A stretch of DNA of 63,077 nucleotides, from positions 1 to 63,077 of IMG/VR virus record IMGVR_UViG_3300044627_000701; one strand, given 5' to 3'. Shown piece by piece: positions 26,786 to 36,151 of the stretch. The position numbers were made by a program, and so were the translations under genes. The stretch is from a virus. Taxonomy: Duplodnaviria > Caudoviricetes. The number at the start of each line of letters is the position of its first letter. The first letter of the stretch is position 1. Under the pieces are notes generated by a model. That model had not been told where the DNA came from. It did not search any database and was given only the letters and a program-made list of their open reading frames with translations.

Positions 26786-26972
26786 GTGCATATCCTGCGG
26801 AGAGACATACTCCGAGCGCCGCGCCCTGCTGGGCTACAACACCTGCCTGTCGTGTGGCGACTTCGCTGCGCGCGCAGTGAAATGGTGCAGCGCACCACTA
26901 AACAAGAGCAACTACGTTGTTATCACCAACAAGGCAGAGCTGACGATGCTCAACCCGAAGAGGACAAGCTGA
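26778..26972 (+). CDS. Small C4 zinc-finger protein (DksA/TraR-like finger)
   Basis: CISCG...ERRALLG...CLSC. Confidence 0.65.
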   Translation: MPECISCGETYSERRALLGYNTCLSCGDFAARAVKWCSAPLNKSNYVVITNKAELTMLNPKRTS

Positions 26973-27340
26973 TGGGCTACCGTAGCGATGTGACGTTCGC
27001 CTTCTATGCGAACCCCAACAAATTAGAGATGTTCCCAGCTATCAAGCTATGGGTAGAGGAGAACTGGCCGAGGGAGGCAGACCCCTTCATCGAAAGCCGT
27101 GAGGGCATCATCACCGTCAAGTATGATGACGTGAAGTGGTATGATGACTTCGACTACGTGAAGGACGTATGGGCTGCCATCGAGCGGTTCGAGGCAGCGT
27201 TCAATACCGAGGATTTCGAAACGCATTGCGCCTGCTGGGAGTATGCCCGTGTGGGCGAAGAGAGAACCGATCTCGACTCTGGTGGTTCCGCCTACCACCA
27301 CTACCGTGTAGGTATCAGTGTCAGCATCACCGTCGACTGA
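26972..27340 (+). CDS. Acidic early hypothetical protein (MGYRSDV...)
   Basis: ATG overlaps the previous stop (TGATG); RBS GAGGA. Confidence 0.7.
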   Translation: MGYRSDVTFAFYANPNKLEMFPAIKLWVEENWPREADPFIESREGIITVKYDDVKWYDDFDYVKDVWAAIERFEAAFNTEDFETHCACWEYARVGEERTDLDSGGSAYHHYRVGISVSITVD

Positions 27341-27343
27341 ACC

Positions 27344-27372
27344 TTGACATTGTCCACCTACTCTGCTACAAG
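27344..27372 (+). promoter_or_regulatory. Sigma70-type promoter
   Basis: TTGACA-17 bp-TACAAG with an extended TG. Confidence 0.7.
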
Positions 27373-27421
27373 AAGAGGGTGAGGCGGGAACCAACCCGCC
27401 CCGGCCAACTAAGCAACCAAA

Positions 27422-27441
27422 TACCGTACACGTGTACGGTA
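27422..27441. promoter_or_regulatory. Palindrome GTACACGTGTAC, copy 5 (20 bp)
   Basis: TACCGTACACGTGTACGGTA between the promoter and the AAA gene RBS. Confidence 0.75.
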
Positions 27442-27463
27442 AACACGAAAGAGCAAACACAAC

Positions 27464-28540
27464 ATGACTTCAATCAACTTTGGTTCGCGTGTCTCTCTCA
27501 AGGAGGCAGCGCAGCTGATCGCTGCGGTCGGCACAACAAACAACGTCATGCTGCGTGGCCCCAAGGGCATCGGCAAGTCGAGCATCCTACCCATGATGCG
27601 TGAGTATCTGGGTGACGAATACGAATACGCCTACTTCGACATGACGTCGAAGGCCGAGGGTGACGTGGCTATCCCGTTCCCTGACAAGGAGGCGGGCGTT
27701 ATGCAGTTCTTCACGAACGAGGCGCTCAAGCTGCACACCGGCAAGCCCGTGGTTATCATGTTGGACGAGCTGGCCAAGGCACCGCGCAGTATCCAGAACA
27801 TGGTGCTGCCCATGTTGGAGAACCCAAGGCGCGTTGCAGATAAGCGCCTGCCTGATGGCACTATGGTCATTATCACTAACAACCTATCGGAAGAGGGGCT
27901 GGGCGATACGTTCATGGCGCACACCCTGAACCGCATGACTGTGCTGGAGGTGCGTCAACCTTCTGTCGAGGAGTGGCTGGTGTGGGGTGCTGGCAGCGGC
28001 ATCCATCCTGTTGTGCTGGCGTGGGTGAACCAGACACCCACTGCACTGGCATCGTTCCGCGATGACGACTTCGACGCAAGCAACCCCTACGTCGATAACC
28101 CCAAGCGTGTGCAGGTAGGCCAAGTCGTGACTCCGCGTTCGCTGGAGAAGGCATCGCACATCGTGTGGCAGCGTGAGAAGTTCAGCGAGAACACCCTGCT
28201 GGCTGCGCTTATCGGCACCATCGGTGAGCCTGCGGCGCGGGACATGCAGCACTACATCGCCTTCCAAGACGAGCTGCCTAGCCGTGAGCTTATCCTCAAG
28301 GCACCTGATACCGCACCTATCCCTACGTCCGTAGGTGCAATCATCACCCTGCTCTTCAACCTTGAGCGCGCAGTGGAGGCCGACACCATGTCGGCCATCA
28401 TGAAGTATGTGTCTCGCATGGAGGCCGAGCATCAGGCTGTGTTCTGCACCAGCCTCGCACGTAGCAAGACCAAGCAGACCATCGCCTTCCGCAATGGCGA
28501 CTTCACCAAGTGGGCGGCTGAGAACGCAGATATTTTGTAA
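27464..28540 (+). CDS. MoxR/dynein-like AAA+ ATPase
   Basis: Walker A GPKGIGKS, Walker B IMLDE, LNR and TPRSLE motifs. Confidence 0.85.
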   Translation: MTSINFGSRVSLKEAAQLIAAVGTTNNVMLRGPKGIGKSSILPMMREYLGDEYEYAYFDMTSKAEGDVAIPFPDKEAGVMQFFTNEALKLHTGKPVVIMLDELAKAPRSIQNMVLPMLENPRRVADKRLPDGTMVIITNNLSEEGLGDTFMAHTLNRMTVLEVRQPSVEEWLVWGAGSGIHPVVLAWVNQTPTALASFRDDDFDASNPYVDNPKRVQVGQVVTPRSLEKASHIVWQREKFSENTLLAALIGTIGEPAARDMQHYIAFQDELPSRELILKAPDTAPIPTSVGAIITLLFNLERAVEADTMSAIMKYVSRMEAEHQAVFCTSLARSKTKQTIAFRNGDFTKWAAENADIL

Positions 28541-28593
28541 TCCGTCAAGCCCTAGCGCCGCGCGCTTAGGGATAACACACTAGGAGCAAACCA

Positions 28594-29454
28594 ATGAGCA
28601 TCGCATCATCCTCCATGCTTGTGGAGTTGAACATCAGCGTCTGGACCGGCAACAAGGTGGACAAGACGGTGACCCGACAAGTGACCGACGACAACAGCGC
28701 CACCACGGACGCAGGTCAGTTCCGTAAGAACCTCACGGCAGGCTCGTCTCTCCGCAAGGAGCTGGCCGACTATGCTGCGGCTTGTCGCCTACGACACAAC
28801 CAGTTGACGATGGCATGGTCTGACCGTGGCCCGCGCCTGCTGCCCACCTCCCTGTTCTTCGACTACAAGTCAGAGATGAACGGTCGGCAGACCTACTTCA
28901 CGGACAAGGCCGAGGCGTTCTTTCGTGACTACCCACGCCTGCTGGCCGACGCACCCAAGCATCTGGGTGCGCTGTATAATCCAGAGGACTACCCGTCCGT
29001 CGAGGAAGTGCGTAGCAAGTTCGGCTACCGTCTGGTGTTTACCCCGGTGCCTGAGTCGGGTGACTTTCGCTTAGACCTACCACAGCAGGAGATGGCGGAG
29101 ATGCGTCGCCAATACGATGACGCCTTCGATGTCCGGCTGGCCGAGGCCATGCGTGAGCCATGGGACAGGCTGCACACCACGATCAGTGCGATGACCGACA
29201 AGCTGGTCAAGGTCGAGGCTGCGCCGGATGGGACGGTGACCCGCTGGCACGATACGTTCATCGGCAACGCCGCCGAGCTGTGCAAGATGCTGACCCACTT
29301 GAACCTGACCAAGGACCCCAAGCTGGAGCAGGCGCGGCGCGACCTTGAGAAGGCCATCGCTGGTGTGGACATCGACGATGTGAAGGAAGACGCAGGTGTT
29401 CGCACCGACCTGAAGGACAAGCTGAATACCATGCTCAAGCAATATGAGTGGTGA
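28594..29454 (+). CDS. Helical protein between the AAA and vWA genes (DUF3150-like, from recall)
   Basis: 286 aa; LG.LYN.EDYP motif; gene context. Confidence 0.6.
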   Translation: MSIASSSMLVELNISVWTGNKVDKTVTRQVTDDNSATTDAGQFRKNLTAGSSLRKELADYAAACRLRHNQLTMAWSDRGPRLLPTSLFFDYKSEMNGRQTYFTDKAEAFFRDYPRLLADAPKHLGALYNPEDYPSVEEVRSKFGYRLVFTPVPESGDFRLDLPQQEMAEMRRQYDDAFDVRLAEAMREPWDRLHTTISAMTDKLVKVEAAPDGTVTRWHDTFIGNAAELCKMLTHLNLTKDPKLEQARRDLEKAIAGVDIDDVKEDAGVRTDLKDKLNTMLKQYEW

Positions 29455-29475
29455 TAACAACGTAGGAGCAAGACC

Positions 29476-30705
29476 ATGCAACCAGAACGCAAACTGAAGA
29501 AGGCCAAGATCGACGTGATGCGGTCGCAGCTACCGGGCCTGCGCCTGTGGGCTGGACTCATGTCGGTGGGCAAGACGAGCCTGTGCGACAATACCTCATC
29601 GGCATATACCAATGGGCGCGATGAGGTGTACGGCACTGCCTTCGTCGAGAAGCTGTCCGTAGCGGAGCTGTCCTTCGTGTGTCTGCATGAGGCTGTCCAC
29701 AAGGGGCTTCGGCACCTGACTACATGGCGCAAGCTGTTTGAGGCTGACCCCCAGCTTGCCAACATCGCTTGTGACTACGTGGTTAACCGCATCATCGTGA
29801 AGGCCGACCCCGGCGAGAGCGTGTGCAAGTTCCCGCGCAACCCAGATGGCACCCGCATGGGGCTGTATGACGAGCGGTTCGACGGCATGAGCGCCAAGCA
29901 AATCTTCGACATACTGAAGAAGGAGCAGGAGCAGGAACCCGACGGCCAAGGTGAGGGCAAGCCCGGTGAGCAAGGCGCAGGCCAACCGAGCTTTGACGAG
30001 CATGGCTGGGATGATGCCAAGGAGATGGACAAGGCAGACCGTGACGCGCTGGACAAGGAGATTGACCATGCCCTGCGCCGTGGTGAGGCCGAGGCCAAGC
30101 GGTGTGGCGCTGGCAAGGGTGATATGCCTGCCGAGGTAGGTGAGTTGCTGCGTCCTGCCGTCGACTGGCGCGCTGCATTGCGGGAGTTCTTCAACAGCCA
30201 CTGTGCTGCCAAGGACGAGGCGTCATGGCGCAGGCTCAACCGTCGCTTCGTGGGTATGGATGTGTATCTGCCTTCGATGCACGGCGAGTCGCTTGGCCAT
30301 GCTGTCGTAGGTGCAGACTTGTCCGGCTCGATGTGGTCAGGCGACCCGTCACCCATCAGCCGCATCTTCACCGAGGTGGTTGAGATTGCCAACACTACCA
30401 AGCCCGACAAGCTGGACGTGCTGTATTGGGATACGCAAGTAGCCGGCCACGATAGCTTTACCCAAGGTGACTACGATAGCCTGCTGTCCAAGGTGCGACC
30501 CAAGGGCGGTGGTGGTACGAGCGCCGAGTGCGTCCCCGTCTACATGGCCGAGCATAAGATCAAGCCTGACTGCATCATCATGGTGACGGACGGCCACGTC
30601 TTCGGCGGCTGGGGCAGCAACTACTCCGCCCCTGTGCTGTGGGTAATCATCGACAACCCTACGGTCGAAGCCCCTACGGGCAAGACCTTGCACGTAACCC
30701 TGTGA
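29476..30705 (+). CDS. Metallopeptidase (HExxH) + vWA domain protein (DUF2201-like)
   Basis: AYTNG, HEAVH, NIACDY.VN, MIDAS DLSGS, GGGGT and TDG motifs. Confidence 0.85.
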   Translation: MQPERKLKKAKIDVMRSQLPGLRLWAGLMSVGKTSLCDNTSSAYTNGRDEVYGTAFVEKLSVAELSFVCLHEAVHKGLRHLTTWRKLFEADPQLANIACDYVVNRIIVKADPGESVCKFPRNPDGTRMGLYDERFDGMSAKQIFDILKKEQEQEPDGQGEGKPGEQGAGQPSFDEHGWDDAKEMDKADRDALDKEIDHALRRGEAEAKRCGAGKGDMPAEVGELLRPAVDWRAALREFFNSHCAAKDEASWRRLNRRFVGMDVYLPSMHGESLGHAVVGADLSGSMWSGDPSPISRIFTEVVEIANTTKPDKLDVLYWDTQVAGHDSFTQGDYDSLLSKVRPKGGGGTSAECVPVYMAEHKIKPDCIIMVTDGHVFGGWGSNYSAPVLWVIIDNPTVEAPTGKTLHVTL

Positions 30706-30714
30706 GGAGAGAAC

Positions 30715-30918
30715 ATGACTGACGAACCCAAGGTGTTCACGCTGCTGCGTGAGTACGACGAGAGCAAGTCCAAGCTGCGCGCTCTTGAGGAGGAGCTTAA
30801 CCGAGAGTGCGCGGCCTATGGCCGAGACGTGCTTGGCCTGTGGGGCTTCAGCCCCAGCCACCTGCGCCAGCGCCTGTATGCGCTGGGCCTAACGAAGAAG
30901 GAGCAGACCAATGGGTAA
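30715..30918 (+). CDS. Hypothetical protein
   Basis: 67 aa; RBS GAGGAG. Confidence 0.65.
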   Translation: MTDEPKVFTLLREYDESKSKLRALEEELNRECAAYGRDVLGLWGFSPSHLRQRLYALGLTKKEQTNG

Positions 30919-31105
30919 GAAAGGTTACACCTACTTCAGCACCCTTGATTGGGCGGGGCTGAAGCGCTGGGTGAAGTACGGCACCGACACCGATACCGAC
31001 TGGCGAGACCTCGCTATGGTGCTGGTGGAGCGCGCCGACGAGGAGCGCGAGGACGCTTACGATACTGGACGTGGTGAGGGTTACCACCACTGGGATAGCA
31101 ACTGA
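30911..31105 (+). CDS. Hypothetical protein
   Basis: 64 aa; RBS GAAGGAGCAGAC. Confidence 0.65.
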   Translation: MGKKGYTYFSTLDWAGLKRWVKYGTDTDTDWRDLAMVLVERADEEREDAYDTGRGEGYHHWDSN

Positions 31106-31116
31106 GGAGCAAGCAC

Positions 31117-31968
31117 ATGTTTATCGACGACATCAAGAACGAGTACTTCTACCCGATGGGTGGCACCAGCGTGGTGCTGGAGTTCAACAAAAACTGGGTA
31201 AGCTATGGCAAGGAGGGCACCGCCGTTGTGCATCCTACCATGGCCCGGTTCATCGACGCCCTGCGGGTGAAGCGCCCGACGTGGCGGTTCAAGAGTACCG
31301 AGCGCGTCTACGATAACGAGAGACAAGAGCTGCGTAACTTCGACGTGTATGATGGCGACGAGCAGCTTGGCCGTGTGTGGACCGAGCGCCACTGGCGCAC
31401 GGGTGAGGACCGCTACTGCCTGAACAACCACCGTGTGGAAGCAAGCAGGCAGCGTGGTAGCGGCAGCTTCAGCACCAAGGTGGCCGTTGCCACTAAGAAG
31501 GTACTGGACTCGTTCGGCGTCAAGTCACTCGACGAGCTGGCCGTGGATGCAGCCAAGAAAATCACTGGTGTTCTTAACAATGTGTACAGCAACACTAGCT
31601 TCACATACTCATCCTCCAAGCAGAAGGCGATGAAAGCCCTAGCTACATACATCGAGGACAATTGGGATACACTCAAGTCGTACACCACTGGCTGCGATCA
31701 TATCGACCTGCGAGAACTGCGTGAGCAGCACGAGGCAGTTTCCAAGGCGTATCACTCACTGACGAACGACGGGGCCGCCACCTTGTTCATGCACGGTGAT
31801 CGGATGGTGATGCAACGCCATGACAAACCGTCTAGTGTTGTTACCTTCGATCAGCTGACTGAGAAGCAGCGCGCCAACTTGGGTATGCTGAAGCTCATGG
31901 AAGACAAGGCGTTCGTCGCTGGTGTTGGTATGCGCGTAGATAGCGAGACGTTTTTCTTGCTCGACTAA
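31117..31968 (+). CDS. Hypothetical protein
   Basis: 283 aa; RBS GAGGAGCAAGC. Confidence 0.75.
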   Translation: MFIDDIKNEYFYPMGGTSVVLEFNKNWVSYGKEGTAVVHPTMARFIDALRVKRPTWRFKSTERVYDNERQELRNFDVYDGDEQLGRVWTERHWRTGEDRYCLNNHRVEASRQRGSGSFSTKVAVATKKVLDSFGVKSLDELAVDAAKKITGVLNNVYSNTSFTYSSSKQKAMKALATYIEDNWDTLKSYTTGCDHIDLRELREQHEAVSKAYHSLTNDGAATLFMHGDRMVMQRHDKPSSVVTFDQLTEKQRANLGMLKLMEDKAFVAGVGMRVDSETFFLLD

Positions 31969-31969
31969 C

Positions 31970-31997
31970 TTGACACTGTCTCTGGGTTTGGTATCGT
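31970..31997 (+). promoter_or_regulatory. Sigma70-type promoter
   Basis: TTGACA-16 bp-TATCGT with TG. Confidence 0.55.
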
Positions 31998-32018
31998 CAT
32001 CTCCCCAAGGAGCAAACG

Positions 32019-32312
32019 ATGGCACTTACCCCTGAAGGCAAGGTCAAAGCCAAGGTAGTCAAAATCCTCCGTGAGGAGGGTGTCTATTACTTCTTCCCTG
32101 CTACACACGGATATGGACGGAGCGGTGTTCCCGACATCATCTGCTGCGTAGCGGGGAGGTTTCTGGCTATCGAGTGCAAGGCAGGCACCAACAAGCCGAC
32201 AGCTCTTCAGGTGCATGAGATTGAGCAGATACGTAGCGCAGGCGGCGTAGCCGTAGTCGTGAACGAGGCTAACTGGGACAGCACCCGCGAGATAATCAGG
32301 AGTTTACGATGA
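32019..32312 (+). CDS. VRR-NUC / Holliday-junction resolvase-like nuclease
   Basis: PE, GVPDII, IECK and TALQ motifs. Confidence 0.85.
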   Translation: MALTPEGKVKAKVVKILREEGVYYFFPATHGYGRSGVPDIICCVAGRFLAIECKAGTNKPTALQVHEIEQIRSAGGVAVVVNEANWDSTREIIRSLR

Positions 32313-32434
32313 TAGTAAGGGGCTTGGTTGCGGGTGTCGTGCTGGCTGCGCTGATTATGGCCGGCTGGTTCGTGACGCTGCAAGCCATCGAACGGGAGGT
32401 CGAGAACCGATATGCAACCAGCACGATACCCTAG
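32309..32434 (+). CDS. Small TM protein (41 aa; absent from the ORF track)
   Basis: ATGA overlap; RBS AGGAG; hydrophobic helix. Confidence 0.5.
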   Translation: MIVRGLVAGVVLAALIMAGWFVTLQAIEREVENRYATSTIP

Positions 32435-32687
32435 CGAAAACGAACCCTACTTCTACGTATACTTCACTAAGCAAGAAGGCCGGTGGACCATCGTCGCCGT
32501 GCATCCGGAGGGGGAACAAAGGCCAGCCGTGTACACATCGCGCAGCATAATTGCAGCCGTGGACGAGCTAGGCGCATTTCAGAAGGTGAATACATGGCTA
32601 CAAAAATCAAACGCCGCGCTAGCGGAGCAAGATGTGTCGTTATCCACAACCGTAGGTTCTACTGGCGCTACCCTAACGGGGCAATGA
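32412..32687 (+). CDS. Hypothetical protein
   Basis: 91 aa; GGAGG upstream. Confidence 0.5.
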   Translation: MQPARYPSENEPYFYVYFTKQEGRWTIVAVHPEGEQRPAVYTSRSIIAAVDELGAFQKVNTWLQKSNAALAEQDVSLSTTVGSTGATLTGQ

Positions 32688-32762
32688 GACCAGTGGTGCT
32701 GTCCGAGCGCGCCAAGGCGCACCTGTGGCAGGCCAAAGCAACAGTAGCGAGGGAGCAGGCCG

Positions 32763-32864
32763 ATGCATGACCCGATACTTTTCTGGACGGTGGTCGCACT
32801 TATTGTAGTGCCTAGCTACATACTGATTAAGCGGGCTATCGACCGCGATGGGGATAAGCCATGA
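32763..32864 (+). CDS. Small TM protein (33 aa; absent from the ORF track)
   Basis: MHDPILFWTVVALIVV...; RBS GGGAG; stop overlaps the polymerase ATG. Confidence 0.45.
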   Translation: MHDPILFWTVVALIVVPSYILIKRAIDRDGDKP

Positions 32865-34675
32865 CCATCCTGACCGTAGACTTCGAGACCTACTACAGCC
32901 AGCAGTTCAGCCTGTCGAAGATCACAACGGAGGAGTATGTCCGTGACTCGCGGTTTGAGGCTATCGGCGTATCCGTAAAGGTGGACGACGAGCCGGCGCA
33001 GTGGTTCTCCGGCACTGCCAAGCAGACCAAGGCTTGGCTGGATAGGTTTGACTGGGCCAACAGCATCGCCATCGCGCACAACGCGATGTTCGACATGGCC
33101 ATCATGAACTGGCGGTTCGACATCCGACCCAAGCGCATAGTGGATACCCTGTCCATGCTGCGGGCTATCGACGGACCTGATGCGGGTAACAGCCTAGCCA
33201 AAGCTGCCGAGCGGTACGGGCTGGGCGTCAAGGGCACCGAGGTCGTCAATGCGCTGGGCAAGCGCCGGCTGGACTTCACGCCGGAGGAGTTAGCGGCCTA
33301 CGGGGATTACTGTATCAACGACACCGAGATGACGTACAAGCTGGCGATGAAGTTGCTGGAGGGGTTCCCCAAGGAGGAGCTTCAGCTAATCGACCTGACT
33401 ATGCGCATGTTTACCGAGCCGGTTCTGTATCTCGAAAAGGCCGATTTGGAGTTACACTTATCCGAGGTGAAGGCGCATAAGGAAGCGCTCATGGCCAAGA
33501 TGAACTACGACAAGGCCGAGCTGATGAGTAACCCCAAGCTGGCCGAGCTTCTGGAGTTCCATGGCGTTGTTCCCCCTAGGAAGATCAGCCCGACGACGGG
33601 CAAGGAGACCTTTGCCTTTGCCAAGAACGACGAGGCGTTCAAGGAACTGCTGGAGCATGAGAACGAGCAGGTGCAGGCCATTGTGGCTGCGCGGCTAGGG
33701 GTAAAGTCTACACTGGAGGAGACCCGGACCGAGCGGTTCATCGGTATCTCAGAGCGTGGTCTGCTGCCTGTTCCCCTGCGCTATTACGCAGCCCACACCG
33801 GGCGGTTCGGTGGCGACGATAAGGTCAACCTCCAGAACCTGCCGCGCAAGTCGCCGCTGAAGAAGGCCATCAAGGCACCTCCCGGCTACGTGGTTATCGA
33901 CTGCGACTCCAGCCAGATCGAAGCGCGCACCTTGGCGTGGCTGGCTGGGCAGTGGGACTTGGTTGAGGCGTTCGACAAGGGTGAGGATGTCTACAAGATC
34001 ATGGCGTCATCCATCTACGGTGTGCCTATCGAAGAGGTCACCGACTCGCAGCGGTTTGTGGGTAAGACTACCATCCTAGGTGCAGGCTACGGCATGGGCC
34101 CGGCTAAGTTCCAAGCGCAGTTGAAGACCTTCGGTGTCACCATGGAGCTGGACGAGTGCAAGCGCATCATCGCGGTGTACCGGGAGACTTACCCCTACAT
34201 CCCCAAACTGTGGCGGGACACGGGTGACGCGCTGGAGTCCTTGGTAGTCAATAACCTTACGTCGATTGGTGAGGGCATGAAGCTGGCTGTTGCTGGGGGT
34301 ATCGTACTCCCCAACCTGTTGCGCCTCCGCTACCCCAACCTGCGGCTTATCCTGAACGACAAGGGCAAGCAGGAGATGGTGTACGACACCAAGAAGGGCC
34401 GAGCGGTTATCCCTACGCGGATATACGGCGGCAAGTGCGTCGAGAATATCTGCCAAGCCTTGGCCCGCATCATCATCGCTAACCAGATGCTGATGATCGC
34501 CCGGAGGTACAAGGTAGCCATGACCGTCCACGATAGCGTGGTGGTGGTAGCACCGCAGGAGGAAGCTAACGAGGCGCGTGCGTTCGTTGAGCAGTGTATG
34601 CGTATCCGCCCGAAGTGGGCAGCGGCGTTGCCGTTAAACTGTGAGAGCAAGATGGGAGCAAGCTATGGCGGGTGA
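32861..34675 (+). CDS. DNA polymerase family A with 3'-5' exonuclease
   Basis: ExoI DFET, AHNAMFD, YCIND, HTGR, motif A DSSQIEAR, motif B RFVGKTTILGAGYG and motif C VHDS. Confidence 0.93.
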   Translation: MTILTVDFETYYSQQFSLSKITTEEYVRDSRFEAIGVSVKVDDEPAQWFSGTAKQTKAWLDRFDWANSIAIAHNAMFDMAIMNWRFDIRPKRIVDTLSMLRAIDGPDAGNSLAKAAERYGLGVKGTEVVNALGKRRLDFTPEELAAYGDYCINDTEMTYKLAMKLLEGFPKEELQLIDLTMRMFTEPVLYLEKADLELHLSEVKAHKEALMAKMNYDKAELMSNPKLAELLEFHGVVPPRKISPTTGKETFAFAKNDEAFKELLEHENEQVQAIVAARLGVKSTLEETRTERFIGISERGLLPVPLRYYAAHTGRFGGDDKVNLQNLPRKSPLKKAIKAPPGYVVIDCDSSQIEARTLAWLAGQWDLVEAFDKGEDVYKIMASSIYGVPIEEVTDSQRFVGKTTILGAGYGMGPAKFQAQLKTFGVTMELDECKRIIAVYRETYPYIPKLWRDTGDALESLVVNNLTSIGEGMKLAVAGGIVLPNLLRLRYPNLRLILNDKGKQEMVYDTKKGRAVIPTRIYGGKCVENICQALARIIIANQMLMIARRYKVAMTVHDSVVVVAPQEEANEARAFVEQCMRIRPKWAAALPLNCESKMGASYGG

Positions 34676-35123
34676 GATTGAAGACTTGGAAAACACGCTG
34701 GGGTACGACCCCCTACCTGCGCGGCCCGGACGCCCGAATAAGCGCGGACGCCGGAAGAAGCTTGTGTGTAAGCAAGGCCACCCATTTGTAGAGGGTAACA
34801 TTAGCTATAGGGCGAACGGTACGCGGTTTTGCACGACCTGCCAGAAGGCTTCTAGGCGGGCGTGGCTTCTTAAAAACCCGGACTACAACGCGAAGCACTA
34901 CGCAGCGAAAAACGGGCGCGTTATTAGTGATGAGATTAAACTCAGGTTCCGCTGGGACGGCCAAGATGGGCGAGTCGTAGGTATGGACGTACTCAAGCTG
35001 AAGGAGACAGACTGGGTTATCGCAGCCGACTTCCTGAAAGACGTAATCCGTTTAACCCAGAATTGCTACGATGACGTCCTGAAGGCGAAGCATGTCGACA
35101 AAGGAGCAGATCATGGCGGGTAG
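34665..35123 (+). CDS. Protein with an HNH-associated C-H-C-C zinc finger
   Basis: CKQGHPF..GN......R.CTTC motif; likely ATG at 34665 with RBS GGGAG. Confidence 0.55.
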   Translation: MAGEIEDLENTLGYDPLPARPGRPNKRGRRKKLVCKQGHPFVEGNISYRANGTRFCTTCQKASRRAWLLKNPDYNAKHYAAKNGRVISDEIKLRFRWDGQDGRVVGMDVLKLKETDWVIAADFLKDVIRLTQNCYDDVLKAKHVDKGADHGG

Positions 35124-35535
35124 GCCGAAATACGAAAGCGCGGCTGATCGTGGCAACCAACACTACGTCCTGAGTAAGCTGGGGCGGGCGTTCGGGTTGG
35201 AGGCAGAGGTGCCCACCGAGGAGTATGCGTTCTATGATGGCATGTTCTCGTTTAGTGACCGCAAGTGTGTGGTCGAGGTGAAAACCAGAAAAAACGAGCG
35301 CAGCCGATACCCTACCTACATGCTTAGCAAAAATAAGTACGACGCACTGTGTGACGTAACCAGTCACAGCATGGATGCGCTTCTGGCTGTGCAGTGGACC
35401 GACCAGCTTGGCGTTATTCAACTGCCCACTGAACACACCGTAAGCACAGGTGGGCGCTACGACCGGGGCGACCCGATGGACGTTGAGCAGGTAGTTCTAA
35501 TCCCCACCATTAACTTCAAACGCGTACCAGAATAG
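35113..35535 (+). CDS. PD-(D/E)xK nuclease-fold protein
   Basis: YD...VVEVKTR motif; RBS AAGGAG. Confidence 0.7.
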   Translation: MAGRPKYESAADRGNQHYVLSKLGRAFGLEAEVPTEEYAFYDGMFSFSDRKCVVEVKTRKNERSRYPTYMLSKNKYDALCDVTSHSMDALLAVQWTDQLGVIQLPTEHTVSTGGRYDRGDPMDVEQVVLIPTINFKRVPE

Positions 35536-35545
35536 GAGCAAGCAA

Positions 35546-36151
35546 ATGACCGAATACACATTCACGCAAGACTGGTTCAGCCACAACATCCCTGTGTGGG
35601 AGCAGCTGGTTACGTTGTTACCGGGTACGCCGGGGCAGCGTAACTTCCTTGAAATCGGTTCGTTCGAGGGCCGCAGCGCCGTCTGGATGGCCGAGAACAT
35701 GATGACCGAGGGTGATAACCTTCGTTGTATCGACACATGGGAAGGCAGCGAGGAGCACAGCGCTGAGACCGTGCAGGGTATTGAAGATCGGTTCCGGCAT
35801 AATCTGGTTGTCGCGGCAAAGAAGTTCCCGCGCCGCCGTATCTTCCAGCACAAGTCCGCATCCGTGCAGGAGCTTGCTCACTGGTTGGTGGAAGCTCCCG
35901 AAGACCACCCGACTTTTGACTTCATCTACATCGACGGCAGCCATACTGCCAAGGATGTGCTGACCGACGCTTGCATGGCGTGGCCGCTGCTGAAGCAGGG
36001 TGGCTTGATGGTGTTTGACGACTACCTGTGGGGTGATAGCCGCGACATTCTCCATCGCCCTAAGATGGCTACGGACTTCTTTGTGAACACCTTTGCGGAA
36101 TCACTCGACATCGTTCACATCGGCCACCAGTTTGCGGTGCGTAAGAAGTGA
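35546..36151 (+). CDS. Class I SAM-dependent methyltransferase (Methyltransf_24-like)
   Basis: LEIGSFEGRS, IDTW, FDFIYIDGSH and GG..VFDDY motifs. Confidence 0.85.
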   Translation: MTEYTFTQDWFSHNIPVWEQLVTLLPGTPGQRNFLEIGSFEGRSAVWMAENMMTEGDNLRCIDTWEGSEEHSAETVQGIEDRFRHNLVVAAKKFPRRRIFQHKSASVQELAHWLVEAPEDHPTFDFIYIDGSHTAKDVLTDACMAWPLLKQGGLMVFDDYLWGDSRDILHRPKMATDFFVNTFAESLDIVHIGHQFAVRKK

